The notes under the pieces: model-generated
Told to the model about the DNA's origin: nothing
Database searches by the model: none
Seen by the model: only the letters and a program-made list of their open reading frames with translations
From: an uncultured Fimbriimonadaceae bacterium
GTDB lineage: Bacteria; Armatimonadota; UBA10988
Direction: 5' to 3'
DNA: 56,801 nucleotides
Assembly: GCA_964405335.1 (NCBI GenBank)
Contig: CAYONP010000031.1
Span: 1-56,801 of the forward strand
In this document: positions 46,355 to 56,172 of the stretch, piece by piece
Layout of the letters: every line of letters begins with the position of its first letter
How positions within the stretch are numbered: position 1 is the first letter of the stretch
Position numbers and translations under genes: made by a program

Positions 46355-47728
46355 CTACTCGTCGGCGAAGCGGAAGGCGTACAGGTCGGCGTCGAACAGT
46401 GCCACGCGCAGGCGCACCGGCCGGCCGATCAGCGTGGCAACGTCGGCGTCGCGCCAGCTGACCGCCTCGTCGGTCGCGTCGCCGAAGAGCGGCTCGAACT
46501 GCTCGAAACCGAAGCCGGGCAGCGGCGCGCCCGCCTCGTCGCACAGCTCGAGTCGCAGCCAGCCGGCGGCGCTGGTGGCGAAGTTGAGCCGCAGCATGCC
46601 GCCGGCGAAGACCAGCGGCCTGGTCAGCAGTTCGCCCGGCTCGCCGCCGGCGTGGACCGAGACGAAGCCGTCGACCCGCAGCAATCCGCGGCGCAGGCGG
46701 ATGTCGGGGTGGCGGTAGTGCTCGAGCCAGTAGACCGCCATCTCGCCATCGCCCGCGTCGACCGGCTGCGGCGCGACCATCAGGTTGCGCTCGGTCCAGT
46801 TGTCGGGGTCGGGGCCGGGTCGGATGAAGGCCTCGCGCCAGCGCTCCCACCGCAGGCCGTCGCGGCTCGACATGAACACCGAATCGCTCAGCCCGACGTG
46901 CCCGTGGGCGGCGATGCGCTGGCGGGTGGGCAGGAACCGCTTGGGGAAGCCGACGTAGAGGTGTGGCGCGCGGTAGTAGGGTGAGACGGCGTTGGTGTAG
47001 AGGTGTTCGGCCGGCGTGTCGCCGAAGTCGAGCCACTCGCCGGCGGTCCAGGTGACGAAGTCGCGGCTGCGGGCGACCTTGATCCCGCGCACGCCGTCGG
47101 CAAAGTCGCGGTAGTAGGCGACATACTCGCCGCGCAGCGGGTCCCAGAAGGCCAGGTTCTGCGAATCGAAGGCGCCGTCGGTGATCACCGGCTCGTCGCG
47201 CAGCCGCGACCAGTGGATGCCGTCGGGCGAGACGAAGGCGAGCAGCGGTGCGCCACCGAGCGCCTTGTACCGCTGCGCGGCCGGCGCGGCGGGGTTGGTG
47301 TCGAGGAAGGGGGCGAAGTTGTGCGAGCCTACGCCCTTCCAGATGACGTTGTTGGCCGTCGTGCCGGCCGCCTCGTAGAGCCCCAACTCGGGCCGGGTGA
47401 AGGTGACGCCGTCGCGGCTCTCGGCGTAGCAGGTGACCTCCTCGCCGCGCTCGTCGGGCAGGCCGCGGTAGTAGAGGCGGATCACCTCGCCGTCGCGGAA
47501 GACCGTCGGGTAGCCGCAGCAGAGGCCCTCCCACGGCCGGTCGAGCGGCAGCACCACGTCGCCGGCGGTGGGCGCATGAAGCCGCCGCGTCGCGCCGCCG
47601 GCGAGGCCGTCGATCAGCGTGCCGTCGAAGAAGACTTCGCGCTGCGTGCCGATGTCGAGCGGCGCCATCGCCCGCGCCGCCACCTGCCGTGGCGGGCCGG
47701 CGGCTCCGATGATGAGTAGAATCCACAT
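46355..47728 (-). CDS. Secreted BNR/Asp-box-repeat glycoside-hydrolase-like protein (sialidase/beta-propeller fold).
   Basis: A signal-like N-terminus is present. Three Asp-box motifs follow: ESRDGVTF, VSPDGIHWS and SSRDGLRWE. The ORF in the other frame, 46335..47951, is judged spurious. Confidence 0.65.
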   Translation of the reverse strand: MWILLIIGAAGPPRQVAARAMAPLDIGTQREVFFDGTLIDGLAGGATRRLHAPTAGDVVLPLDRPWEGLCCGYPTVFRDGEVIRLYYRGLPDERGEEVTCYAESRDGVTFTRPELGLYEAAGTTANNVIWKGVGSHNFAPFLDTNPAAPAAQRYKALGGAPLLAFVSPDGIHWSRLRDEPVITDGAFDSQNLAFWDPLRGEYVAYYRDFADGVRGIKVARSRDFVTWTAGEWLDFGDTPAEHLYTNAVSPYYRAPHLYVGFPKRFLPTRQRIAAHGHVGLSDSVFMSSRDGLRWERWREAFIRPGPDPDNWTERNLMVAPQPVDAGDGEMAVYWLEHYRHPDIRLRRGLLRVDGFVSVHAGGEPGELLTRPLVFAGGMLRLNFATSAAGWLRLELCDEAGAPLPGFGFEQFEPLFGDATDEAVSWRDADVATLIGRPVRLRVALFDADLYAFRFADE

Positions 47729-47799
47729 GGCCGCGCGTTCGGGCTGGCTGGTTCGATCCCTGCCGGAGGAGTGGCAGCCGCGGCGGCGCAGACTCGACC

Positions 47800-48423
47800 A
47801 TGCGCGTGCTCATCCTGGCCAACGGCGACTCGCCGACCGCCGATCTGCTGGCCGAGCAGCGGCCCGTCGTCGACTGGTTCGTCTGCTGCGACGGCGCCAT
47901 CGATGCGGCGCTGCGGCTCGGCCAGGTGCCCGAGGCGGTGATCGGCGACATGGACTCCGCGCCGGCGGAACTGCCGGCCGGCTGCGACCGAATCGAGCTG
48001 ACCGAGCAGGAGACGACCGACCTGGAGAAGGCGCTCTACACCGCCGTCGACCGCGGCGCGACCGAGGCCGTCATCCTCGGTGCCGGCGGCCGGCGGTGGG
48101 ATCAATTCCTCGCCAATCTGGCCGCCTTCGCCAAGTATGCCGACCGGCTGAGCATCGAGGCCGGCGACGAGCATGGCTGGCTGCGGTTGCTGCCGCCGCG
48201 CGAGGAGCACTCGTTCGACCTACCGGTGGGCACCAAGACCACGCTGCTGCCGCTGCCCGAGGCGACCGGCGTGACTCTGCGCGGCGTGCGCTGGCCGCTG
48301 GCCGAGGCGACGCTGCGCCTCGGCGGGCGCGACGACACCTCGAACGAAGTGACCGAGCCGCCGCTCCGGGTCTGGTATGACGCCGGTTGCCTGGGGCTCT
48401 ACCGCGTTGCCACCGGCGCTTGA
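47800..48423 (+). CDS. thiN: Thiamine pyrophosphokinase.
   Basis: 207 aa. The catalytic GDxDS motif is AVIGDMDSAP, and a C-terminal thiamin-binding domain is present. Confidence 0.8.
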   Translation: MRVLILANGDSPTADLLAEQRPVVDWFVCCDGAIDAALRLGQVPEAVIGDMDSAPAELPAGCDRIELTEQETTDLEKALYTAVDRGATEAVILGAGGRRWDQFLANLAAFAKYADRLSIEAGDEHGWLRLLPPREEHSFDLPVGTKTTLLPLPEATGVTLRGVRWPLAEATLRLGGRDDTSNEVTEPPLRVWYDAGCLGLYRVATGA

Positions 48424-48463
48424 CCGCTGTCGCCGGGCGGCTACACTGACGGCGAGAGGCGCC

Positions 48464-49135
48464 ATGCTGGTTTGCAGTCGCTGTGGCACCGAGGTGGTGG
48501 TCGCCGGGCATCCCTGCCCGAGCTGCGGTCACCGTGGCGCCGTCGAAGCACGGTTCTATGCCGGTGAGGTCAAGCCCGCCCCGGCGTCGGCCGAAGCCGC
48601 GCCGGCGGTGATGGCCAGCCGCTCGGGCGCGCTGCCCGATGAGCAGCGGGCCTGGAGCCCGTGGCTCGGCGCCGTGCTGGCGATTGTGTTGACCCCGCCC
48701 GCCGGCGGCTTCGTCGCCGCGCGCAACCTGCAACGGCTGGCCGGCGGCAAGATCGATCCTTGGTTGACCGCGCTCTACCTGCTCGTCGGCGAGCTGATTG
48801 CCGCCGCCGTCGCGGGGTGGATAGCCCGCGGCAACCTGGCCCTCTGCTGGCTCCCGCTGGCGGTCTACGCCATCGCCGTCGCGGCTTGGCTGGTGCTCTG
48901 GCAGTGGCAGCCGGTCAAGCAGCGGCGCAGCGAGGTGCCGGGCCGGCACGCGCCGGGGGTCGATGCGTTCGGGGCCTTCGTCCTGGCGCTGGTCTTCAGC
49001 GCGGTGACCAGCCTGGCGGTCTATCAGGTGGCCGACCGCGTCGGCCAGCAGGCGCTGAGCCGGCCGCTGGCCGAGTGGCGGGCGAAGCAGAAGAGCGACC
49101 TGCCGCCGATGGACATGGGTTTCCCGCCGATGTAG
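48464..49135 (+). CDS. Zinc-ribbon-containing integral membrane protein, hypothetical.
   Basis: The N-terminal zinc ribbon is CSRCGTEV...CPSCGH. Three or four hydrophobic helices follow. The ATG at 48464 is preceded by GAGAGG. Confidence 0.5.
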   Translation: MLVCSRCGTEVVVAGHPCPSCGHRGAVEARFYAGEVKPAPASAEAAPAVMASRSGALPDEQRAWSPWLGAVLAIVLTPPAGGFVAARNLQRLAGGKIDPWLTALYLLVGELIAAAVAGWIARGNLALCWLPLAVYAIAVAAWLVLWQWQPVKQRRSEVPGRHAPGVDAFGAFVLALVFSAVTSLAVYQVADRVGQQALSRPLAEWRAKQKSDLPPMDMGFPPM

Positions 49136-49269
49136 TCACACCCGCTCACGGCGTACCGCAAGCGTGCGGTGGGGGCGGGCCTCAGACCCTCCCGAGTGCC
49201 GACGAGCCCGCTTTGAGAGCCGGTTCACTCACCGGCGGGCAGGTCTGAGGCCTGCCCCTACCACGAAGG

Positions 49270-50754
49270 TCAACATGCCCGCTCGACCGGCTTCCAGAGC
49301 AGACTGGCCAGCCCGCCGATCAGCACCGTCGGCACAAAGCCGATCACCGTCAGCCACATGAAGCTCGGCCGGGTCTCGAGCGGCCAGCCATAGGTGGTGT
49401 ACATCGCCACGGCCAGGCCGACGGCCGCGCCGGCGAGCACCGCCGTCCCGCGGGCGCGGCGGGTCAACATGCCGAGCAGGAAGATGCCCAGCAGCGGCCC
49501 CTTGAACCCGCTGTTGACCTTGTTGGTGATCTCGATGATGGTGCCCAGATGGCCGACGAACAGCGCCAGCACGGTGACCACCAGCCCGAGCAGAAGCGTC
49601 AGGCCGCGGGCCAGCCGCAGCCTGGCCGCTTCGTCGCCGCCGACCCAGCCGAAGCGCTCCCAGAAGTCGACCGTCAGCGCCGTGGCGACGGAGTTGAGCC
49701 CGCTGTCGACCGACGACATGGTGGCGGCGAGCAGCGCGGCCAGCATCAGGCCGACGAAGCCGGGCGGGAAGTGGGTGAGGATGAAGTGCGGAAAGACGGC
49801 GTCGTTCTTCAGCTCGCTCACCCGCGGGTCGGGGTGCTGCTGGTAGTAGATCCAGAGTCCGGTGCCGAGCGCCATCAGCCCGCCGACAACGACCAGCACG
49901 CCGGCCATGTTGAGCACGAACGACTTCTGCATCGCTTCGAGGTCGCGGTTGGTCAGGTAGCGCTGGATGCTGACCTGGTCGACACCGTAGTCGGCGGTCA
50001 TGGTGAACAGCGCGCCGATCCAGCAGCCCCAGCCGGTCATGCGGGTGACCAGGCTCCAGTCGAACTCGAGCCCGTGGCGGAAGCTGCCCGGGTTGACCCG
50101 GTCGTGCAGCTTGGCCAGGTAGAACGCGCCGTCGAGCCCGCCACCCAGATTGCGGTGCAGGATGTAGAGCGCGCCGGCCAGGCCGCCGACGAAGATGCAG
50201 AACTGCGCCACGTCGGTCCAGATCACTGCCTTCATGCCGCCGAGGATGGTGTATAGCGTGGCCAGCAGCCCGCAGCCGAGCACGACCACCGGCAGCGGCC
50301 AGCCGGTCACCGCGCAGAGGGCCATGGACGGGGTGTAGATCACCGCCGCCATCCAGCCGACGCGGGTGAGCACGAAGAGCAGGCTGGCGGCGCTGCGCAC
50401 ACGGACGTCGAAGCGGCGCTCGAGGTACTCATACGCGGTGGTCAGCCGCAGGCGGTGGTAGAACGGCATGAAGCCAAGGATGATCAGCGGGGTGACCAGC
50501 ACGAAGGTGAGCAGCAGCCCCGCCTGGCGCATGCCGTACTGGTAGATCTCCGCCGGATAGCCGAGGTAGCTGATGGCGCTGAACAGCGTCGCCATGATGC
50601 TCAGACCGACGGGGAACCAGTGCATCCGCCGGCCGGCGAGGAAGTACTCCTCGGTGCTGCGCTGCCCCCGCCCGACCCAGATACCGAGGCCGACGACGAA
50701 CGCCAGATAGGCCGCCAGGATGCCGTAGTCGGCAGCGCCGAGGACCGCGGTCAC
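49270..50754 (-). CDS. Sodium:solute symporter (SSF family).
   Basis: 494 aa with about 13 transmembrane helices and SSF-typical segments (..GLSIMATLFSAISYLGYPAEIY..). Confidence 0.85.
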   Translation of the reverse strand: MTAVLGAADYGILAAYLAFVVGLGIWVGRGQRSTEEYFLAGRRMHWFPVGLSIMATLFSAISYLGYPAEIYQYGMRQAGLLLTFVLVTPLIILGFMPFYHRLRLTTAYEYLERRFDVRVRSAASLLFVLTRVGWMAAVIYTPSMALCAVTGWPLPVVVLGCGLLATLYTILGGMKAVIWTDVAQFCIFVGGLAGALYILHRNLGGGLDGAFYLAKLHDRVNPGSFRHGLEFDWSLVTRMTGWGCWIGALFTMTADYGVDQVSIQRYLTNRDLEAMQKSFVLNMAGVLVVVGGLMALGTGLWIYYQQHPDPRVSELKNDAVFPHFILTHFPPGFVGLMLAALLAATMSSVDSGLNSVATALTVDFWERFGWVGGDEAARLRLARGLTLLLGLVVTVLALFVGHLGTIIEITNKVNSGFKGPLLGIFLLGMLTRRARGTAVLAGAAVGLAVAMYTTYGWPLETRPSFMWLTVIGFVPTVLIGGLASLLWKPVERAC

Positions 50755-51821
50755 CGCCTCTCAGCCTGGCGCAGCTTGTCGATCACGCGCCGCACCACGT
50801 CCTCGACATAGCCCTCGGGATCGGCCTCCAGCCGCGGTCCGGCGCAGACCTGCGGCATCGGCGCGTCGGCGTCGAGCGGGCAGCCCAGCGCGCCGAGCAG
50901 CCGGTGTAGCGCGCTGCGCACGCGGGCGGTGTCGACCGCCTCCTCGGCGGCCAGCGGCAGCCGCGGAGCGCCCATGCGGAAGCCGCGCAGCTCGAGCGCG
51001 ACACGGACGCCCTCGGGGAACTGCACGCCGAAGACCACCTGCTCGATCATGTCGAGCAGCGCGTACTGCAGCCGGATCGCCTCGGCGTAGTTGCCCTCGC
51101 GGACCTGCTTCGCCGCGGTGCAGACCAGCTCGGGCACAATGCCGGCGGTGCACAGCGTGGCGCCGTCGCCGCCCATGATCAGGCTCGGGACCAGGATCTC
51201 CTCGCAGCCGATCAGGAAGCTGAAGTCGGGCCGCACCCGGCGCACGCGGTGCATCAGGTTGAGGTAACCGGGGAAGTCGCGGCTCGAGTCCTTCATCCCC
51301 ACAATGCGCGGCAGCTCGGCCAGCCGCTCGACCGTCGAGACCGCCACGTCGGTGGTGAACTGCGGAATCTTGTAAATCGCGACGTCGATCGGACTATGCC
51401 GCGCGAGCTGGGCGAAGTACTCGTAGACGTTCGGCTGCCGCAGCGGATAGTAGATGGGCGGCACAATCGCCACCGCGTGCGCGCCGATCGAGTGGTAGTA
51501 CTCACACGCGTCGAGCGTCGTGGGCAGGTCGCACTCGCTGGCGCCGGCGAGGATGGTCACCCGCCCAGCCGCCTGCTCGCAAGCGATGCGCACAATCTCG
51601 CGCCGCTCGGCCTCGTTGAAGCGCGTGAACTCGCCCGTGCTGCCGTTCGGGTAGAGCCCGTCGACGCCGCGCTGGATCAGCCATTCAACCAGCCGCCGCA
51701 GCTCCGGCTCGTTGATCCGGCCGCGCTCGTCGAGCGGCACCATGTGCGGGCAGAAGACCCCGCGCAGCTTCGCTTCGGGCATGGACCTGCTTCCCCGGAC
51801 CGCCCGCTTCGCGAACGGCAA
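50751..51821 (-). CDS. DapA-family lyase. This is a dihydrodipicolinate-synthase, N-acetylneuraminate-lyase or KDG-aldolase type pyruvate-dependent class I aldolase.
   Basis: The GSTGEF and IVGMKDSS motifs are present, the latter containing the Schiff-base lysine. An alternative start is at 51782. The stop abuts the symporter start. Confidence 0.8.
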   Translation of the reverse strand: MPFAKRAVRGSRSMPEAKLRGVFCPHMVPLDERGRINEPELRRLVEWLIQRGVDGLYPNGSTGEFTRFNEAERREIVRIACEQAAGRVTILAGASECDLPTTLDACEYYHSIGAHAVAIVPPIYYPLRQPNVYEYFAQLARHSPIDVAIYKIPQFTTDVAVSTVERLAELPRIVGMKDSSRDFPGYLNLMHRVRRVRPDFSFLIGCEEILVPSLIMGGDGATLCTAGIVPELVCTAAKQVREGNYAEAIRLQYALLDMIEQVVFGVQFPEGVRVALELRGFRMGAPRLPLAAEEAVDTARVRSALHRLLGALGCPLDADAPMPQVCAGPRLEADPEGYVEDVVRRVIDKLRQAERR

Positions 51822-51829
51822 CCCGATCC

Positions 51830-53668
51830 CTACCGCGCCAATCGGACCAAGGCCACATCCTCGCCGCCGACCTCGACCTCACGAACGACCTCGCCCGCGC
51901 GCAAGACGGCCGTACGATCCTCGGGCGCGTGATTGGCCACGCAGACCACCACCTCATCGCCCTGCCGCGCGGCGACCCAGCTCAGGTCGCTGCCCTCGAC
52001 GGCGACCGGCGGCTCGCGCGCGATACGGCGCAGCAGCTCCGCGCCGAGCGCCAGTGGCCGCGTCCGCTCAACCCAGCCGGCAAGCAGATACTCCGGCGTG
52101 GCCAGCCAGACCTCGCCGGCGCCGACGGCATGGCGGTAGACCACCGGCCGCTCCTGCTCGTCGCGGGCGATGACCTCGGCGCCGGCCGGCTCGGAGGCGA
52201 CGTGGGCGTACCAGGGCTCGGCGATCTCCTGGCCGTCGGCGAAGACGACTCGCTGCGCCGCCTCAATCCGTTGCTGCAGCCGCACGCCGGTCAGCGCCGG
52301 ATCGTCGACCAGCCGCTCGCCGTCGATCAGGTGCAGGGCATTGAGCAGCAGCCGGCCGCCGCGGGTGACGTACCGGTGCAGCACCTCGCGGAGCGCCGGC
52401 GTCCAGCGCACCGAGCCGGCCAGGGCAACGGCGGGGTAGTCGGCCAGCACTTCAGCCGACACGTCGGAGGCGACGAGGTCGAACGGCCCGAGCGGCGTGG
52501 CGGCGAAGTAGCCGGGGTAACCGTCGCGCCGCTCGATCACCGCCTCGCGTGTGCGGGCGAAGCCGGGCAGCAGTGCGTCGAGCAGGCCGGCCAGGCCGGC
52601 GTCGCTCCGCTCGGCCGGCAGCTTGCCCCAGACGCTCTCCTGCTCGTTCCAGTCCTGCCACAGATGGCCCGGCGCCCAGCCCCCGTCGGCATCGACCAAC
52701 AACGCCAGCGGCACGATCGGCCGCATCGGCTCGGGCCGCTCGCGGGCGACCTCCCAGAACGACTTCAGCTCGGCGCCCCAGGCGGCCAGCTTCCAGCCGT
52801 CGCCGTCGCGGCTGAACAGCGGTTCGGTCTCCTGCACCGTCAGCAGGCGTGCGCCGGAGACCCAGGCGAGGTAGAGCGCCCGCCGCAACGCCGCGGCCGA
52901 ATGCCCGCCGCCCGGCTGCGCCTGAGCCGCCGGCCACAGCCCCTTGTCTTCGCACGGCACCTGACCCCAGAACCAGGGCGAGACCCAGACGCCCCACGGC
53001 CGGCCGAACTGCAGGGCGCCGCCGCGCAGATAAGCGAGCTGCAGCTCCGTCGTCGGCAGATGCTCGAAGAACTCGGCGATGACCAGATCGGCGCCGGTGC
53101 GGAAGCCGCTGTGATGATGCGTGACGCAGAGATTCGGCAGATAGGCGGCGCCGGCGGCGTGCGCGGCGTCGCGCTGCCGGACGAGTTCGGCCTCGAACGC
53201 CGCCCGCCCGCCGGCGCGGTCGGTGAAGGCGTAGAGCTCGGGCAGCCGCGTGCGGAAGATCGGCCGCACGGCGCTCTGGACCAGGTCGGCGTCGAGCTCC
53301 TCGGCGTGCAGGCCGAGAAACCGCGGCCCGGCTCGCCGGGCGATCTCGGCGACCGTCTCCGGCGGGTGCAGGTCGCCCGAGCAGTCACCGCCGTACTCGA
53401 ACCCGCCGGGCCGCGCTTCGGTGCCGAGCCCACGCCGCTGGCTGATCATGAAGGCCAGGCCGTGCGCCAGGCAGGCGTCGACATCGGCCAGGATTTCGTG
53501 CTCGGCATCCCACGGCGTGTTGCCCATCGAGTAGCCGACCTTAGGAATCCAGACGAAGTTGCCGAGCCCGAGCTCGGCCAGCGCGGCGATGTTGGCCGCG
53601 CCGTGGGCGTGCCCGCCGACATAGAGCGCCGGCTCGGCGGCCAGGAGCAGCACCAGGCCGAGGCTCAT
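51830..53668 (-). CDS. Hypothetical secreted protein, possibly a glycoside hydrolase.
   Basis: 612 aa with a signal-peptide-like N-terminus. I recognise no confident family. Its ATG overlaps the upstream stop as ATGA. Confidence 0.5.
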   Translation of the reverse strand: MSLGLVLLLAAEPALYVGGHAHGAANIAALAELGLGNFVWIPKVGYSMGNTPWDAEHEILADVDACLAHGLAFMISQRRGLGTEARPGGFEYGGDCSGDLHPPETVAEIARRAGPRFLGLHAEELDADLVQSAVRPIFRTRLPELYAFTDRAGGRAAFEAELVRQRDAAHAAGAAYLPNLCVTHHHSGFRTGADLVIAEFFEHLPTTELQLAYLRGGALQFGRPWGVWVSPWFWGQVPCEDKGLWPAAQAQPGGGHSAAALRRALYLAWVSGARLLTVQETEPLFSRDGDGWKLAAWGAELKSFWEVARERPEPMRPIVPLALLVDADGGWAPGHLWQDWNEQESVWGKLPAERSDAGLAGLLDALLPGFARTREAVIERRDGYPGYFAATPLGPFDLVASDVSAEVLADYPAVALAGSVRWTPALREVLHRYVTRGGRLLLNALHLIDGERLVDDPALTGVRLQQRIEAAQRVVFADGQEIAEPWYAHVASEPAGAEVIARDEQERPVVYRHAVGAGEVWLATPEYLLAGWVERTRPLALGAELLRRIAREPPVAVEGSDLSWVAARQGDEVVVCVANHAPEDRTAVLRAGEVVREVEVGGEDVALVRLAR

Positions 53669-55002
53669 CCGTCGCGCTTTTCAACCGGCACCGCGGCGCG
53701 CGGGTCGCCGATCTTGCGGTGCGCCAGCTCGACCGCGTCGAGCGGATCGCCCAGCCCCGTCTCGGCCATCCGCCGGGCGCGATGCGCCTCGCACCGGGCG
53801 CGCAGCGCGGTCACGATTTCGGGTCGCTCATCGGCCAGGTTGTTCTGCTCGCCTGGATCGGTCGAGAGGTTGTAGAGCTCGACCGGCGGCGTGCCGTGGT
53901 GCGGGTCCTCGAGGTCGATGATCAGCTTCCACTCGGCGGTGCGCCAGCCGTACTTCTTCAGCCAGGTGCTCTCACACAGGTAGACCTCGTCGCAGGTGCC
54001 GGCGTCCCAGCCGCTCTCGATCAGCGGCAGCAGGCTGGCGCCGGGCAGTTCGTCGTCGCCCGGCAGGCCGAGGGCCTCGAGCACCGTCGGCACAATGTCG
54101 TAGTGGGTGACCAGCCCGCCGCGCCGCTCGCCCGCGCCGAGGGTGGGGTGGACCAGGATCAGCGGCACGTGCAGGTTGGTCTCGTACAGGCCGTGGTGGT
54201 CGTACCACATCTCGTGCTCATCGAGCTCCTCGCCGTGGTCGGCGGTGATCACCACCAGCGTGTCGCTCCACAGGTCGTGCTCGTCGAGCCGCGCCCAGAG
54301 ATGCTGCAGGCAGGCGTCCTGATAGGCGACGGCCGCGTCGTATTGCGCGTTGGGAAACTCGAGGTCGGTGACGCCGGGCATCCAGCTCGCGAAGTAGTCG
54401 CGCAGCGCCTCGTAGGTCGCCCACATCCGCCGCGCCGAGGGATTGTCCGGGTCCTTCTCGTCGCCGGCGTAGAACATCCGGTCGAATGGCGGAGGCGGCA
54501 GATAGGGCGTGTGCGGGTCCCAGTAGTGGCAGTAGAGGAACCACGGCCGGTCCTGATCGAGACAGGCGTCGAGCGCGCGGAACGCCGTCTGGTTGACCGC
54601 CTCGCCTTTGCGCCAGGGCTCGGTCGGTGCGGTGCTCCAGGCGTAGCCCTCGTACCACTCGAAGCCGCGCTTGAACCATCGCCCCAGGTTGTCGGCGGCG
54701 GCGCAGAACCAGCCGGCGTCGCTCAGGCGCTGGGCCAGGCTGAGGCAGCCCTCGCCGCAGACCGGCGCGCCGTCGCCCGAGTGCTGGCCGACGATGCGGT
54801 GATCGAAGGTGTCGCGGCCGGTGAACATCGTGGTGTGGGCGGGGAAGGTCGGGATCACCGGTGCGAGGCAGGTCTCGAACAGCACGCCGCCGTCGGCCAC
54901 CTGGTCGAGGTGCGGCGAGGTGTTGCGGTAGTGGCCATAGCAGCCGAGCCGGTCGGCGCGCAGCGTATCGAGCGAGAAGAGGAGCAGGTTCCGCGGTAAC
55001 AT
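53665..55002 (-). CDS. Sulfatase-like hydrolase/transferase (alkaline-phosphatase superfamily) that lacks the CxPxR formylglycine motif.
   Basis: The N-terminal LLFSLDTLRADRLGCYG is sulfatase-like. The FGly-site position reads APVIPTFPAHTTMFTGR, where a canonical FGly sulfatase has APVCSPSRAS. No signal peptide is apparent. Confidence 0.75.
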   Translation of the reverse strand: MLPRNLLLFSLDTLRADRLGCYGHYRNTSPHLDQVADGGVLFETCLAPVIPTFPAHTTMFTGRDTFDHRIVGQHSGDGAPVCGEGCLSLAQRLSDAGWFCAAADNLGRWFKRGFEWYEGYAWSTAPTEPWRKGEAVNQTAFRALDACLDQDRPWFLYCHYWDPHTPYLPPPPFDRMFYAGDEKDPDNPSARRMWATYEALRDYFASWMPGVTDLEFPNAQYDAAVAYQDACLQHLWARLDEHDLWSDTLVVITADHGEELDEHEMWYDHHGLYETNLHVPLILVHPTLGAGERRGGLVTHYDIVPTVLEALGLPGDDELPGASLLPLIESGWDAGTCDEVYLCESTWLKKYGWRTAEWKLIIDLEDPHHGTPPVELYNLSTDPGEQNNLADERPEIVTALRARCEAHRARRMAETGLGDPLDAVELAHRKIGDPRAAVPVEKRDG

Positions 55003-55050
55003 GCACGACTCCGCCGGCGCAGGTTCCGGCGGGCGCCGCCGAGTCCTCCG

Positions 55051-56172
55051 TCAGCCGTCGGCATAGGCGGCGATGCGGCTGGCCGGGACCGAGTTGGTCA
55101 CCTTCATGTGCGCGCCGATGATCATGGTGGCCAGGCCGACCACCTTGCCCTCGAGGGTGACCACCGGCCCGCCGGAGTTGCCCATCTCGGCGGCGATATC
55201 GGCCTCGATCCAGCTCGCCTCGCCGCGGCTGCCGCGCCGCACCGCGGTGATGTTGCCGCCGCGCACGCTGATCGTCGGGCCGTAGGCGCTGGTGCTGACC
55301 ACCGAGCCGAGCGGATAGCCGAACGCGGCCACCGGCGTGCCCTCGGCGAGCTGGGGCTCGTCTGCCAGCTCTAGCGTCGGCGCGTCGCCGGTCTCGCAGG
55401 CGAGCAGGGCGATGTCGTCGGGCGTGCCGGGCGTGCCGGCGCGCAGGACGCGGGCCGGCCGGCGCTGCATCTGCGGCGTGCCGGCGCCGAACGCCACCTC
55501 GACCCGGCCGGCGCCCTCAATCACGTGCGCGTTGGTGATCACCCGCCCGCGCCGGACAACGAAGCCGCTGCCCTCCATGATCCCGTCGCCGACGATCCAG
55601 ACCGTGGCCGACTTGACCCGCTGCATCACCTCGGCCGCCATGCGGTCGGAGGGATCGAGCGTGCGCTTGGGCACAAAGCGCACAATCAGCGCCACGGCCA
55701 CCACGGCCAGCACGGCGGCGAAGACCCCGAGCACCAGCGGCCAGCGTGGCGGGTCGGGTGGCGGCAGGGCCACGCCGTCGTCGTCGGGTGCCGGCGCGGC
55801 GGCCAGGTCGAGCCGGAGCAGCGAGCCGCCGAGGCGGATCAGCGCACCCGGACGCAGCGACACGGGGCCGGTCGTGGCGCGCCCGTCGACGGCCAGGTCG
55901 GCGCCGGCCCGGGCGGCGATGCTGATGGCCTTCTCGCCGACCTGCAGCGCGGCATGGATCGGCTGCACACCGGCGTCGCCGGCGATGCGCAGGTCGCACG
56001 CCTCGGCGGCACCGAGCGTCAGCGCGCCGGGCTGCAACTCCCAGCGCTCGCCCTGCGCCGGGCCTTCGATGGCGGTCAGATAGACGGCCAACCGCGACTC
56101 CAGGCGCCCGCTTGACCAGTCACCAGCCGTTCCCTCCGTCGCACCGGTAGTGTCACGCAGCGCGGCGAGCAT
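55051..56172 (-). CDS. FHA-domain protein with a transmembrane segment and a C-terminal trypsin-like (S1/DegP-type) serine protease domain. No PDZ domain is present.
   Basis: An FHA-like N-terminal region is followed by one transmembrane helix (LVLGVFAAVLAVVAVALIV). The protease motifs are TNAHV (His), DIALL (Asp) and GNSGGPV (Ser). The start is uncertain between 56172 and 56283. Confidence 0.7.
   Translation of the reverse strand: MLAALRDTTGATEGTAGDWSSGRLESRLAVYLTAIEGPAQGERWELQPGALTLGAAEACDLRIAGDAGVQPIHAALQVGEKAISIAARAGADLAVDGRATTGPVSLRPGALIRLGGSLLRLDLAAAPAPDDDGVALPPPDPPRWPLVLGVFAAVLAVVAVALIVRFVPKRTLDPSDRMAAEVMQRVKSATVWIVGDGIMEGSGFVVRRGRVITNAHVIEGAGRVEVAFGAGTPQMQRRPARVLRAGTPGTPDDIALLACETGDAPTLELADEPQLAEGTPVAAFGYPLGSVVSTSAYGPTISVRGGNITAVRRGSRGEASWIEADIAAEMGNSGGPVVTLEGKVVGLATMIIGAHMKVTNSVPASRIAAYADG

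Noticed and set aside
47729-47799. A TPP riboswitch upstream of the thiamine pyrophosphokinase gene.
   Set aside because: No CUGAGA / ACCUGAUCUGGAUAAUGCCAGCG-like conserved core is visible, and the region is a short divergent intergenic spacer.
46335-47951. An alternative 538-aa ORF overlapping the BNR-repeat gene.
   Set aside because: It is in a different frame over the same DNA. Its translation is Arg/Pro/Ala-rich with no motifs, while the 46355-47728 frame carries three Asp-box motifs and a signal peptide.
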